Assembly: GCA_951406725.2 (NCBI GenBank)
Contig: OX597831.1
Span: forward strand, 3,038,001-3,102,000
DNA length: 64,000 nucleotides
Direction of reading: 5' to 3'
Source: Octopus vulgaris
Lineage: Eukaryota
In this document: positions 12,925 through 27,090 of the stretch, piece after piece
How the letters are laid out: the number at the start of each line of letters is the position of its first letter
How positions within the stretch are numbered: position 1 is the stretch's first letter
Notes under the pieces: generated by a model
What the model was told of the DNA's origin: nothing
The model's input: only the letters and a program-made list of their open reading frames with translations
Database searches by the model: none
Translations under genes and position numbers: made by a program

Positions 12925-13343
12925 TCTCTTTTTTTTTTACTTGTTTCAGTCATTTGACTGTGGCCATGCTGGAGCACCGCCTTTTTAAGTCGAACAAATC
13001 GACCCAAGGACTTATTCTTTGTAAGCCTAGTACTTATCCTATCGGTCTCTTTTGCCGAACCGCTAAGTAACGGGGACGTAAACACACCAGCATCGGTTGT
13101 CAAGCGATGTTGGGGAGACAAACACACACACACACATATATATATACATACATATATATATGACGGGCTTCTTTCAGTTTCCGTCTACCAAATCCATTGA
13201 CAACCGATGCTGGTGTGTTTACGTCCCCGTCACTTAGCGGTTCAGCAAAAGACACTGATACAAAAAGTACTGGGCTTACAAAGAATAAGTCCCGGGGTCG
13301 ATTTGCTCGACTAAAGGCGGTGCTCCACGCAGCCACTCCTGCG
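12925..13343 (-). mobile_element. SINE family A with an internally inverted segment
   Basis: Minus-strand 3' half at 12925-13196, plus-strand segment at 13197-13327, minus-strand head at about 13325-13343. Confidence 0.85.
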
Positions 13344-13377
13344 TATATATGCAACCAGACAACAGATGCAGAGCTGG

Positions 13378-13445
<68 letters not shown>

Positions 13446-13749
13446 TATATGCGTATACGTGTGTGATTCAGTTAACCAACTTCAAGCAAGTTGAGACGAC
13501 ACCACCATCACAGAATATTCAACAACAAACACCAACAAATGTTATTGTTTGCCGTGGGTTATAGTTATAAAAATGCCTGACTGAAGACATTAACTGTAGA
13601 AGCATTTGTTGAAGCCAGAAGTTTCAACTAGTTTGGTTCCAGCTGACCGATTTCATTATATGTACCCTATTTCCGGTACTGAAGATCTTCTCTTCTTTCT
13701 CATCCGTTCGCTGTATTAACATGTGTGTGCCTGTGCATGTCACATATTT

Positions 13750-13990
13750 AATACCTATTTCTTTATTACCCACAAGGGGCTGAACATAGAGGGGACAAAC
13801 ATGGACAGACATAGGTATTAAGTCGATTATATCGACCCCAGTGCTTAACTGGTACTTAATTTATCGACCCCGAAAGGATGAAAGGCAAAGTCGACCTCGG
13901 CGGAATTTGAACTCAGAACGTAACGACAGGCGAAATACCGCTAAGCATTTCGTCCGGCGTGCTAACGTTTCTGCCAGCTCTCCACCGCTG
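13750..13990 (-). mobile_element. SINE family B (Nin-domain-like), full length
   Basis: Minus strand: gagctggcagaaacgttagcacgccgg...ctgagttcaaattccgccgaggtcgactttgcctttcatcctttcggggtcgataaattaagtacc...ccccttgtgggtaataaagaaata. Confidence 0.88.
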
Positions 13991-14206
13991 GGTTATTTAC
14001 CATACTCAAGTTAACCTAGCCATTTAAGCTAAGTTTGTGACTGATCTATATAGCGATTGCTATGAAGAATGGCCCATCAGCCTTGAAGGACATCATAGCA
14101 ATTTCCTTATTTTTCTGTATGTGCAAGGGCATAATATGTCTTCTGATTTGTTAAGGAACCACAGCGAAGAAATATGCTGAGGAATACACAAATAAAACAA
14201 AAGAAC

Positions 14207-14310
14207 TGACACTCTGTCGCTTACGGCGACGAGGGTTCCAAGCTGATTCGATCAACGTGAAATTAACGAGCAAGTGGTTGAGCACTCCACAGACACGTGT
14301 ACCCTCAATG
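14207..14310 (-). mobile_element. SINE family C 3' fragment
   Basis: Matches the reverse complement of about 4555-4670. Confidence 0.75.
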
Positions 14311-14533
14311 TAGCTGTGTGGTAGGAAGCTTGCTTCGCAACCACATCGTTCCGGGTTCAGTCCCACAGCGTGGCACCTCGAGCCAACCAAATCCTTGTGA
14401 GTGGATTTGGTCCCCCACCCCACCCCCGCCACACCATCGCTTGACAGTTGATGTCGGTGTGTTTATGTCTCCGAAATGTAGCGGTTCAGTAAAAGAGACC
14501 GGTAGAATAAGCATTAGGTTTACAAAGAATAAC

Positions 14534-14638
14534 AGATCTTTATTTTGTTTGGCTGCACCTGTGGATATTTCAAAGTTTATTGAAAAGGTGTATTAATGTA
14601 ATTTTCCAAGCTGAATCTCAGGAGATATTTTCACTTTT

Positions 14639-14675
<37 letters not shown>

Positions 14676-15095
14676 ATAGAGGTTTAAAGTTTGATAATCT
14701 TCACCCAGTCAGAAAACAGTATTTGGAAGCTGACATTTTGTTCGTGTTGTCGACTGTAAACAAATGAAATATTGGCGGAATTCTGGTTTACGCACGCCAT
14801 ATAACACCTCATAATGCTTTTTTTCTTTTTTGTATTTTTTTTGTATTTTTTGTATTTTCAGAAAATTTTTGCAAATTTGTATTCTACACTCGAGAATTCA
14901 TACGATTGTGCAAAAAAAAAAAAATAATAAAACCTTGCGCAGGAGTGGCTGTGTGGTAAGTAGCTTGCTTGCCAACCACATGGTTCCGGGTTCATTCCCA
15001 CTGCGTGGCACCTTGGGCAAGTGTCATCTACTATAACCTCGGGCCGACCAAAGCCTTGTGAGTGGATTTGGTAGACGGAAACTGAAGGAAGCCCG

Positions 15096-15155
<60 letters not shown>

Positions 15156-15286
15156 ATATATATATATATATATATTGGCTTGCTCGCTTAGCCAGCGGGG
15201 TGGCGTCGTTCGAAGGCTAAAACAATGCGAACGCATTATGACTAGCGATGTGTTGCAACATCTGATGGTCTGGTCAGTCACGTGAT

Positions 15287-15340
<54 letters not shown>

Positions 15341-15932
15341 GTGTGTGTGTGTGTATGTTTGTGTGTCTGTGTTTGTCCCCTACCATTGCTTGACAATGCT
15401 GGTGTGTTTACGCCCCCGTAACTTAGCTGTTCGGCAAAAGAGACCGATAGAATAAGTATTAGGCTTACAAAGAATAAGTCCTGGGGTCGACATGCTCCAC
15501 AAAAGGCGGTGCTCCAGCATGGCCGCAGTCAAATGACTGAAGCAAGTAAAAGAGTAAAAGAGAGGGAGAGTATTGGGTGTGTGTGGTGCTTGATTTAAGG
15601 CTTATTTAGCTGCTGTTTTTAGCACATCTCACCACCAACTCAATGAGTAAAATATATTTGGCAACACGTGCTTTCTCGCGGACGAAAGAGTGCTCATGCT
15701 TAGCTTGTTACTCTGGAAACAAGCATGAATGTGTCTGTGGTTTACGATTGGCTAAAATTACCCAACATTTTGCAAACTTTAAAAGCTATTAACACTTTAT
15801 TCCGTGACTTATGGCAAGAATGAATTTCATAGCGTTGATAAGCAAATAAAACTGCATCATTACACCGAATATGAAATCAATTGGAACAGGAATTGAAAAG
15901 ATTGAAAAGTGGCAACCAAACAGAAAGGATCC
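14534..15932. mobile_element. Old GGATC-terminated DNA element with 8-bp TSD; splits a SINE A and carries a nested SINE A
   Basis: Left end agatctttattttgtttggctgcac resembles the reverse complement of the right end, ggatcctttctgtttggttgccac. TSD agaataac / agaataaa. The host SINE A (14311-14533) resumes at 15933. Confidence 0.7.
14937..15570 (+). mobile_element. SINE family A with a 117-bp foreign insert in its (TA)n
   Basis: Full head and tail present. The insert at 15176-15292 ends in cacgtgatcacgtga. Confidence 0.85.
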
Positions 15933-16032
15933 AGAATAAATCCTGGGATCAATTTCTTCGATTAAAATCCCTTAAAAAAAACCCAAATGACTGAAACCTG
16001 TAAAAGAATAAAAGAATAGAGGTTAGCTACCT

Positions 16033-16190
16033 ATTTCTTTACTACCCACAAGGGGCTAAACACAGAGAGGACAAACAAGGACAGACAAAGGGATTAAGTC
16101 GATTATATCGACGCCAGTGCATAACTGGTACTTAATTTATCGACCCCGAAAGGATGAAAGGCAAAGTTGACCTCGGCGGAATTTGAACTC
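16033..16190 (-). mobile_element. 5'-truncated SINE family B
   Basis: 12-bp TSD ggttagctacct at 16021-16032 and 16191-16202. Confidence 0.9.
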
Positions 16191-16272
16191 GGTTAGCTAC
16201 CTTGGAGATATGAACATCTCTTCCAAAATCGGCGAGAAGAAGAGTATTTACGGGCAACTACCATGACACCTG

Positions 16273-16555
16273 GGTACTATTTAAGAAGAGTGGTCCCGGT
16301 GCGCGCACTCGCGTACTCGCGCATCAGCGCTAGCTAGTCGCGACTAGTCGACCCTTACTTTGCGTTTTTGTGCTTTATTTACTTTGTTTAAAAAAAATTA
16401 TTTACTTTGTGCAAAAAAAAACTATTTATTTTGTGTTTTATTTACTTTGCTGGGAAGTCGTTGTAGGATCGACTAGTCATGACTAGCTAGTGCGGATGTG
16501 CGAGTACGCGAGCACGCGAGTGCGCGCACCGGGACCACTCTTCTTAGGTAGTACC
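16273..16555. mobile_element. MITE with CpG-rich TIRs and 8-bp TSD (Merlin-like)
   Basis: ggtactatttaagaagagtggtcccggtgcgcgcactcgcgt ... acgcgagtgcgcgcaccgggaccactcttcttaggtagtacc. Flanks are gacacctg / gaaacctg. Confidence 0.92.
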
Positions 16556-16717
16556 GAAACCTGTAGCTCCTCTACCCTGATTCTAAATTTACCTTTATAC
16601 CACTAATCATTGAGACACGTGATTACGTTGAGTAAATGTCTAAAGCTACAATCTGGAAAAGTTAGGATTTTGAAGCAAAGAAAAAGGCCGGGTGACACGA
16701 ACTTTAGTAAAAAAAAT

Positions 16718-16865
16718 GCATGGCTGTGTGGTAAGTAGCTTGTTCCGGGTTCAGTCCCACTGCGTGGCACCTTGGGCAAGTGTCTTCTGCTATAGCCTCG
16801 GGCCGACCAAAGCCTTGTGAGTGGATTTGGTAGACGGAAACTGAAAGAAGCCTGTCGTATATATG

Positions 16866-16898
<33 letters not shown>

Positions 16899-17125
16899 AT
16901 GTTTGTGTGTCTGTGTTTGTCCCCCTAGCATTACTTGACAACCGATGCTGGTGTGTTTACGTCCCCGTCACTTAGCGGTTCGGCAAAAGAGACCGATAGA
17001 ATAAGTACTGGGCTTACAGAAAAGAATAAGTCCCGGGGTCGATTTGCTCGACTAAAGGCGGTGCTCCGGCATGGCCGCAGTCAAATGGCTGAAACAAGTA
17101 AAAGAGTAAAAGAGAGTAAAAGAGA
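16718..17125 (+). mobile_element. SINE family A
   Basis: Colinear with the family consensus, with a small head deletion. Confidence 0.88.
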
Positions 17126-17671
17126 TTCAATATGCAGCGATCATCGTGGTTATCTGAATTGCAGTGATAAAGCTGCCTTTGTTTCTTTGTTAGAAACCAG
17201 CTCCATCGTTTATAATACATAAATACAGGCATACAATAGATTTAAATGTTACACATTTTCTGTCTGGTGGATACGTGTACTGACCCCCCGACACCATCCG
17301 CTCCCAGAAGAAAACATCAGTTGTATATAAAAATTTTACCGTTCTTTTCTACCATGTAAATAATTGAAGAAAATGTATAATCATCTATTATCTACCCAGC
17401 TAAACTACCCCGTCATCCACCTGCTTATCCAGTCACACATCCACTTACCCAGCTACAGATATATACAAACGAACGCATTTACTATCAACAACGTTTTTGT
17501 TTCTGTTTTTTGTAATCTTAGCAAGAATGGGTTAGCATCTTGCATCGCTGTGTTTTGTTGAACAAGCCACACTCCTCCCAGCCCTAATCATACACACACA
17601 CATATATACATACACACAGAGAGAGTCACGGTAAGGAAGTACTTCGGCAAGCAATGAATCTGGAAGTTGTT

Positions 17672-17732
17672 GAAGAAGAAGAAGAAGAAGAAGAAGAAGA
17701 AGAAGAAGAAGAAGAAGAAGAAGAAGAAGAAG
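17672..17732. repeat. (GAA)n microsatellite
   Basis: About 20 perfect units. Confidence 0.95.
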
Positions 17733-18309
17733 AGTTAGTAAATATAAAATAAAATATAAAATAAAATAACATCACGTGGCTATGTTGGAGGTAAAAGAGT
17801 GTGAAACGAAAGGAGCTCAAGATAAATTGAGTCAAGGTCAGCAGACACATTAATCAATGATGGTAAAAATACACAGTATAAAAATTAGATCTGCTGAGAC
17901 GCTGAAAATACATATGAAAACATATATAAAAAAATAAATAAATGGGAAATATATTGATAATGTACAGAAAAACCGTATGAAAACATATATGGAGATTATA
18001 TGAAAATTATATAAAAAGAATACAATTTTTTTTTTTTGAGTGACTATAGATATGAAAGTATACAAAAAAATGTGTATATACAGAAAATGATACAGCAGGG
18101 GAGTGTAGGGCGGTATGTAGAATATAATGAATATATATTGTACATAGATTCGCATATATATACACAAAAAATATTTATGTAAGTACACGTGTGTGTGTGT
18201 TTGTATACATGCATATATGCATATACGCACATGGACACCATCTTTTATTGGTTTCAGTCAGAGGCTGGGGTCCATATAATATATATATATATCGGAGTAA
18301 GCTCATAAA

Positions 18310-18379
<70 letters not shown>

Positions 18380-18553
18380 GAGAATTCACAAAAACAAAAA
18401 AAGACAAAAGACGAAGACTGGAGGCGTAGACAACAAACAGATGTATTAGTATAACACTCGGGAAGTGAAAAAGTATTTAACGTTTCGAGCCTACGCTCTT
18501 CCACGGAAAGGAACAAGGAGAGAAAATAAAGAATATGTAGTGGCTAGCGATCT

Positions 18554-18622
<69 letters not shown>

Positions 18623-18858
18623 TGCGTGGCACCTTGGGCAAGTGTCTTCACTATAGCCTCGGGCCGACCAAAGCTTTATGAAAATAAACAAAAGACGAAG
18701 GCAGGTGGAATACAAACAAACAATTGTCTTAGTATGGCGCTCAGGAATAGAAATAGAAAAAGTCTTTTACGTTTCGAGCCTACGCTCTTCAACAGAAAGA
18801 TACACAGAAAAGAAACACGGAAAGAAACAAGGAGAGAAAAAAATGCGTGCAGAAGCTA

Positions 18859-18860
<2 letters not shown>
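18380..18860 (-). mobile_element. Two Penelope-like terminal-repeat fragments with minimal hammerhead-like motifs
   Basis: Related copies at about 18380-18557 and 18680-18860 share gtttcgagcctacgctcttc. Relatives occur at 20727-21173, 41940-42012 and 62712-62880. All border microsatellites or a SINE. Confidence 0.6.
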
Positions 18861-18909
<49 letters not shown>

Positions 18910-19494
18910 GACCACAACTGTCTGACGGACGGTAGTGTGAAACTCTGAGTAAGAGACTGTGAAGAATTTTTCGGCTTTAATAGAAAGCGTATTACTTACT
19001 CTACCTTTGGTATTCGAGTACTACCTTCTTCCACCTTGTTTTGCATTTATGTGCTTTCTTCTGTGTGTGTGTGTGTGAGTAATCATTCACGCATGCTGGC
19101 GCGTGTGTGGTCGTGTGGTTAAGAAGTTCGTTTCGTATCCACTCGTTTCCAGATCGATCCCATTGCTCGTCTGCTAAATCCCATGTTTGACCAATGTCAT
19201 GGTAATGAAATTTGGTTGATGGAAACTGCATTGACATACTTTCAGGACTTCTCATCTTTGTAGACAAAGAGACAACTGAAGTACTTAAACTGGCTTTGAT
19301 CATTTTACAATAATTGTATGCAAGCATGCATACATCTGTCCTTCCTTCCTTCTTTCCTTCCTTCCTTTCCTTCCTTTTGTCATTTTGATATAAAAATAGT
19401 GTATCCGCTCTGTTCAATACACGTATTGAGTTCTCATTTGAATTATGGTCTTAGCAATTCCTTTCATTCGCATAAACAGGATGTCTTACAATAA

Positions 19495-19712
19495 CGGTTC
19501 CAAATTTTGGCGCAAGGCCAGCAACTTTGATATAGAGAGGGCATAGTCGATTACATCGACCTCACTACTCAACTGCTACTTATTTTATCGACCCCGAAAC
19601 GATAAAAGGTAGAGGTGACCTCGGCGGGATTTGAACTCAGAAGGTAAAGACGGACGAAATGCCGCTAAGCATTTACTCCGGCGTGCTAACGATTCTGCCA
19701 GCTCGCCACCTT
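19495..19712 (-). mobile_element. SINE family B, alternative 3' end (aattttggcacaaggcc type)
   Basis: Family B head and core with a different tail. Confidence 0.8.
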
Positions 19713-19872
19713 TAGGATATCTCATAATAATGGGGTTACTTTTTTAGCTGACGTTTTACAAGGCTTGAGAACAGAGCTTGCAGGGGGTGCAAGCGCACCA
19801 TTTAAATTGTTATTTTATTTTTTTGTTGCGGGGTTGATGAAAGTGCTTTGAACGTCCTCCGGAAAAATTGGG

Positions 19873-20647
19873 ACTTGACATACAGGGTTGGATATTTAAC
19901 CAGTTGACGAACAACAAAGAAGTGATATTGAACCAGTGCGTGTGTCATTACTATTGGTATAATGACCTCTCCAAGACACAACAAGATTTAACATAAAAAG
20001 AAACATTAATAATGTGCATATGTACGTACGCATGTGTGTATGCACGCATCTATGTACATATGGACGCACATACGTGTATTCTTTTCTGTTTTTAATTATA
20101 TAAATTCTTCCTTTGAGGAAGGAGCTGTTTCCAACAAAGATACAAAGCTCCATCATTGGAGTGTAGATAACGAAAACAATGTCACATTTTAAACTTGAGA
20201 AACGTCTTGCAGAGTTTTACTGTTCCACTTTAAAGTCAAATTGTATTTATATATGACTTGACATACAAGGTTGGATATTTAACCAGTTGACTATGTATGT
20301 ATGTATGTATGTATGTATGTATGTAGGGTCTGCCTTTGACCTCTCCAAGACACAACAAGATTTAACATAAAAAGAAACATTAATAATGTGCATATGTACG
20401 TACGCATGTGTGTATGCACGCATCTATGTACATATGGACGCACATACGTGTATTATTTTCTGTTTTTAATTATATAAATTCTTCTTTTGAGGAAGGAGCT
20501 GGTTTCCAACAAAGATACAAAGCTCCATCATTGGAGTGTAGATAACGAAAACAATGTCACATTTTAAACTTGAGAAACGTCTTGCAGAGTTTTACTGTTC
20601 CGCTTACAGATTGTATTTGTAATGTGCGAGTCAGTTGGTTGGTTTCT
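19873..20647 (-). mobile_element. Tandemly duplicated 3' end of an R4/Dong-like LINE
   Basis: Minus strand encodes ETNQLTRTLQIQSVSGTVKLCKTFLKFKM* followed by a 3' UTR. The unit is repeated from 19873 and 20255. Same family as 38627-38870. Confidence 0.75.
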
Positions 20648-20698
20648 ATGTATGTATGTATGTATGTATGTATGTATGTATGTATGTATGTATGTATG

Positions 20699-20726
<28 letters not shown>

Positions 20727-20730
<4 letters not shown>

Positions 20731-21173
20731 ATTAATCCAAACATTAAAGCACAAAAAAAACAACAACGCGAGGACGTGGAACAAATATAGTATTATTGGA
20801 CGCTCAGGAAAGAAGGAGGGTTTAACGTTTCGAGCGGAGCTCGTCGTCGGAAACATAGGAGAAGGAAAGATCCAGAGAAGGGAAGACGGAGGAAAAAAAT
20901 CGCCACCGGTACACACGCGGTCACATTTTGAATGACCAGAAGGTGAAGGTGTTGGAGGAACGAGTGCAAGTGAGGCATGTTGAGAAGTAGTGAATGTATG
21001 TGTAGGTGTAAGTGGTGGCGACGCAAGTGGAAAAGTGGAAGTAGAAGAAGAAAGGTAAAAGAGGACGAGGAAAAAGTGGAAGAGTCACGGACACATTTTT
21101 TTGCACGATTACAGTGGCGTACTCCGGAAGAATGGTAACAGTAATCCGAAGGTGTAAAAATCCAGGAATTGGT
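20727..21173 (-). mobile_element. Penelope-like fragment between (TATG)n tracts
   Basis: Contains a hammerhead-like motif at 20820-20854 and is bracketed by (TATG)n. Confidence 0.55.
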
Positions 21174-21860
21174 TATGTATGTATGTATGTATGTATGTAT
21201 GTATGTATGTATGTATGTATGTGTATGTATGTATTATGTATATATGTATGTATTTATGAGTTTGAGGCTTCTTTTTTCTGGTTAGTATTTTGGCATAATT
21301 AACCAAGGGAAACAATTTGAGCGGACCAGTGGCATGAATTGAGATTAAAGAGTGAAATACTGAATAACTTGCCGAAAGAATAATTGAAGACACATCTGGT
21401 GGAGTAAAGTGGAATGTCACTTGAAGTATGCGATTGTTCATATTCTGGTACTTGTAATACAATTATTATGATGGTTTTGTAAAGTTATCGTGCTAAACCC
21501 AGAAGACCTTTGCATAGTTCTGTTAGAGCTGCTTAGAAATCATTTCTAAATGAAACACTGAAGTTATCTGCCGTGTCATAACGACCCCACAATAAGCTGT
21601 ATTCGATATGGCAATGTTTCTCGAACGATCTACTGGTGTGAGGGACCTAGAGGCAATACCGATTTTTTAAAAAGAAAATATCATTTAATGGTTTAGAAAA
21701 ACTAATATTAATTCTTGAGTGTCTCAAGATGCACGCTATTCATAATTATGTGATACGCAGTTATGACTAATAAAACAAAATGAACAATTGTATTTTTTGG
21801 TATCGTTTTCTTTCAAAATTTTTATTAGAAAATAGGCTGCGTATTATCATTTTTTTTTTA

Positions 21861-22325
21861 CCGTAAATCCTCGAGTATAGTCCGCCTTTGTGTATAATAC
21901 GCAGGGGATTTTTAGGGGGCTGTACCTCTGAAAAACTTAAACCTTGTGTGTAATACGCACCCCTTCTCTAACTTGAGTCAAGGAGGTCTATATAACGTCC
22001 TTGGTTTGTAAAAATGTATACGGTAACGTCCTTTATTATTATTATATATATAACATAATGCAAACGTGTAGCTTTTTTGTGCTTTTGTTTGCAGAAATAA
22101 AGAAATAGCAATAATAACAGTAATAACGTTTCAGTCTTAGCTTAAAGTATTTTCGCGCCCGACATCACAAAATGCGTCTGAATAAACATTGCCAGACAGC
22201 AAATAAAGACTCGGACATTGCTTAGAAAATATTTTTCATTTTTAACCTCGTATATAGTACGCACTAGGGATTTTGACCATTAAATTTTTGGAGAAAAAAT
22301 GCGGATTATACTCGAGGATTTGCGG
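21861..22325. mobile_element. Tc1/mariner-pogo-type MITE with TA TSD
   Basis: ta|ccgtaaatcctcgagtatagtccgc ... gcggattatactcgaggatttgcgg|ta, with subterminal repeats of the tgtgtataatacgca type. Confidence 0.9.
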
Positions 22326-22448
22326 TATTTAATCATCACTATATGCACAGGCATCGCTGCATGGTTAAGAAGCTAGCTTTGCAAGCCTGTGGTTGTGGGT
22401 TCAGTCTCATTGCGCGGTCCTTGAGGAAAATACCTTCTCCTACATATA

Positions 22449-23392
22449 GTAGCTGAATAGCCCGCCGTTGCCGGGCAATTTTTACAATAGAATGTCTTAT
22501 ATACATTTTTGTTTATTCCATTTCAGACAATGTCTTCCCCGACAGATATGCCTCTTGGTCAGGACAGATTTGTGCTATTTTTTGCAAAAAAATTTCATTG
22601 GAGGAGTGGCTGTGTGGTAAGTAGCTTGCTAACCAACCACATGGTTCCGAGTTCAGTCCCACTGCGTGGCATCTTGGGCAAGTGTCTTCTGCTATAGCCT
22701 CGGGCCGACCAATGCTTTGTGAGTGGATTTGGTAGACGGAAACTGAAAGAAGCCTGTCATATATATGTATATATATATATATAAGTGTGTGTGTATATGT
22801 TTGTGTGTCTGTGTTTGTACCCCCTAGCATTGCTTGACAACCGATGCTGGTGCGTTTACGTCCCCGTCACTTAGCGGTTCGGCAAAAAGAGACCGATAGA
22901 ATAAGTACTGGGCTTACAAAGAATAAGTCCCGACTAAAAGGCGGTGCTCCAGCATGGCCGCAGTCAAATGACTGAAACAAGTAAAAGAAAGAAAAAGAAA
23001 AGAAAAATGTCTGTTCGACCGTTTCACATGACTTTATTCATTAAAACTTAGTCAAACTTCAGAAGTTCTTACAACTTCGATCGTTGTAATGTTTTGCTTT
23101 CGTTGGGTTAATAAAAATTTCCCCTCGTAATGACTTTGCTTTCATTTCGTGATAGCCAGCTACCATGCAAAAAATGCCAGCTTCTAAATCCTAGTTTCTG
23201 ATTAGGTAAAATTAATTAAACTTTAAACCTCGGTAACATTTTTCTGCAATAAATGAATAACAAAATTGGATTTAACGTGGAAAATTATTTCAATATACCA
23301 AATTTGAAAATTTGGCTGTAATTTTAAAATTCCACAATATATGACAGCAACAGGGATGACCCTACAAAAGTAGAGAGACAGATAGTAATAGA
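22449..23392 (-). mobile_element. Probable non-autonomous Helitron with nested SINE A (22601-23006)
   Basis: Minus strand starts tctattactat and ends with the hairpin cccggcaacggcggg followed by ctattcagctac (CTAG variant). Confidence 0.55.
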
Positions 23393-23394
23393 CG

Positions 23395-23444
<50 letters not shown>

Positions 23445-23497
23445 TTTTACCAATGTACACGCAGGTAATCCCGAGTTTAAAATGGTGTATAGTAGAC

Positions 23498-23528
<31 letters not shown>

Positions 23529-24889
23529 TGTATGTATGTATGTATGTATGTATGTATGTATGTATGTATGTATGTATGCATGCATGTATGTATGCATGTA
23601 AGTATGTATGCATGCATGTATGTATGTACGAATGCATGTATGCATGTAGATGTATGTATGTGCGTATGTGTATCTGAGTGTGTTTCTTTGCGATGGACAG
23701 AAGAAAATCCACCTGCCCCTCTCTCCTTAAATCTACGTATTCGTCACACCCACTTTTCTTTCCCTTCCTCGGCGTTTTAAAAGTTACTTATGTGTATGTG
23801 CACGTGTGAGTGTGTGCGTGCAGTGTGTGCGTATGTATGCATATATCTATGTATTTACGAAAATATGTATGCAGCGTCGCGTGTATATCGCTGATTGACA
23901 GTTGTATTAACGTTATCATCCCACTGCCACTCCATAATTGTCGCTTACACAACGCTGTTCTCCCCTTCCCTGATATCATCCACACTTACTATGCTACCAC
24001 GTTTCTCTCACTCTAACACTCTTGCACCCTTCTCATCTTAGCAAGTAATAGCCCAAAGCCTCTGAGGGGGGGTGGGCATTATAGATTTTTATTGAAATCC
24101 AATTAGCCTATAATTGAACTGGATGTTAGTTTAACATGTATGGAAAGTTTCGTCATGATTGGTTTAATGGTGTAAGCACCTGGATGGTAACAGAAATTGT
24201 CATTTATGCATAAGATGTGTGTGTATGTGTGTGTAAGTGTGTGTGTGTGTGTGTGTGTGTGTCCTGCTTCTTGGCAACTAGTATTAGTTTTGCTACGACT
24301 CCCATAACTTAGCAAGTCGGTAAAAGAGACCGACAGAATAAGTACCAGACTTAAAAAGCAAAAAATAAAATATTGGAATCAATTTGCTCGACTAAACTCT
24401 CAAAGCAGAGCCCCAGTATGGCCGCAATCCAATGATTGAAACATGCAAAGGATAAAAAAATAAAAAAGATATCACGAAGTTAAGATTGACAACAGTCACA
24501 ACAGGATGTTACTGTTTAAACTCAAGTCTATGATGTAAGGCCTTCTAACCGTGACTAGTCCGTCATTTTAGGATTATATATTTTGGGATTATACTGTTTA
24601 ATGCGTCCTTCCATTTTTAAAAGACATTAGGATTTGAAGGAGATTTGGTTGCTATTTCTTGTAGATTGCATCGCCACACAAAGGCTCTTTCTGTTGTGTT
24701 CGAAGCGGAATAGTCATGGTTTTGTTTCATGACACTAGCAGATTGGATCAATAGAATCGTGCTGAGTTATGGTTCTTTACGTTCTAAGTTCAAATCTTGC
24801 TCAGGCCACTTTTGTTATATGTCCGGGGTCGTTAAAATAAAGTACCCCATGGAACCTTTAGCAGAGTCCATTCAGTTGAAAGTATTTCA

Positions 24890-25885
<996 letters not shown>

Positions 25886-25919
25886 TTTAATGATGACGAT
25901 GACGATGATGATGGATATC

Positions 25920-26200
25920 TAAGGAGAGTAAGAAACGTGTTCAGCTAGAAATTGAATAGAGAGAAAAGCATTTCTGCACTAAACACATGGGTGGTGTCTC
26001 TAATACGATATTCTGCTGCTTTTCTGAACTGGTCTAAGGAAGAACTAAGGCATTGACTGCACAAACAGAAAGACAATGTTCGTGTATAAGGTTTGGTACA
26101 TCACAGAGATAGTGTGGATGAGTTATACCTATCACGGAGAGAGTGAGAGAGAGAGGAGAGATGGCAAAATGTGATATCGAAGAGCGTGTGAGAAATAATA
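25920..26200 (+). pseudogene. Degenerate R4/Dong-like LINE ORF fragment (post-RT region)
   Basis: Translates LNREKSISALNTWVVSLIRYSAAFLNWSKEELR, resembling the R4-clade AINTWAVxxIRYS..W..EEL motif. Stops follow. Confidence 0.7.
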
Positions 26201-26212
26201 CAAGAAATACTG

Positions 26213-27090
26213 ATTTCTTTACTACCCACAAGGGGCTAAACACAGAGGAGACAAACAAGGACAGACAAACGGATTAAGTCGATTATATCGACCCCAGTGA
26301 ATAACTGGTACTTATTTTATCGACCCCGCAAGGATGAAAGGCAAAGTCGACCTCGGCGGAATTTGAACGCATTTCGCCCGGCGTGCTAACGTTTCTGCCA
26401 GCTCACCGTCCTGAAATACTGATTTCAGCTGCCAAAAGGAGAGGAGAAAGAACCCGCCAGAGGAGGGGAAGACAAAAAAAAAGTATATTTCCCCAGTTAA
26501 ATTGTGAAGAAGGTAGTACAAGCAGCTTATGGGAAAATATTGATTTCTTACATTGATATAAAGTTGGACGAATGTATGCGAATGATTAGAACTCGGCACT
26601 CACCCGGTGACTTACATCATTTTATGTTCACCAGCTATTGGCTGTTGCTTAATCCTCAAGCCGGATCTGATCGTGTAGACAATGATGAAAAGCATTTCAG
26701 CTACGACCATGATATATTTTAGGCGGATGTTCGAGGATTAAGTTATGTATTGTATCAAGCAGATACTAGTTTCAATTTTTGGTACAAGGTCAGCAAGTAC
26801 GGGTGGGGGTGGGGGTTAAGTCGATTACATCGACCCCAGTGCTCAGCTTATTTAATTTCTTTATTGCCCACAGGGGGCTAAACAGAGGGTGGGGCGGGGG
26901 CAAACAAGGACAGACGAAGGGAATAAGTCGGTTACATCGACCCAGTACGTAACTGGTACTTATTTAATCGACCACGAAAGGATGAAAGGCAAAGTCGACC
27001 TCGGCGGAATTTGAACTCAAAACGTAGCCCGACGGAATACCGCTAAGCATTTTGTCAGGCCGTGCTAACGATTTTGCCAGCTCGCCGCCT
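26213..27090 (-). mobile_element. SINE B copies
   Basis: Copy at 26213-26412 with direct repeat gaaatactgatttc at 26204 and 26413. Nested copies at 26770-27090. Confidence 0.85.
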
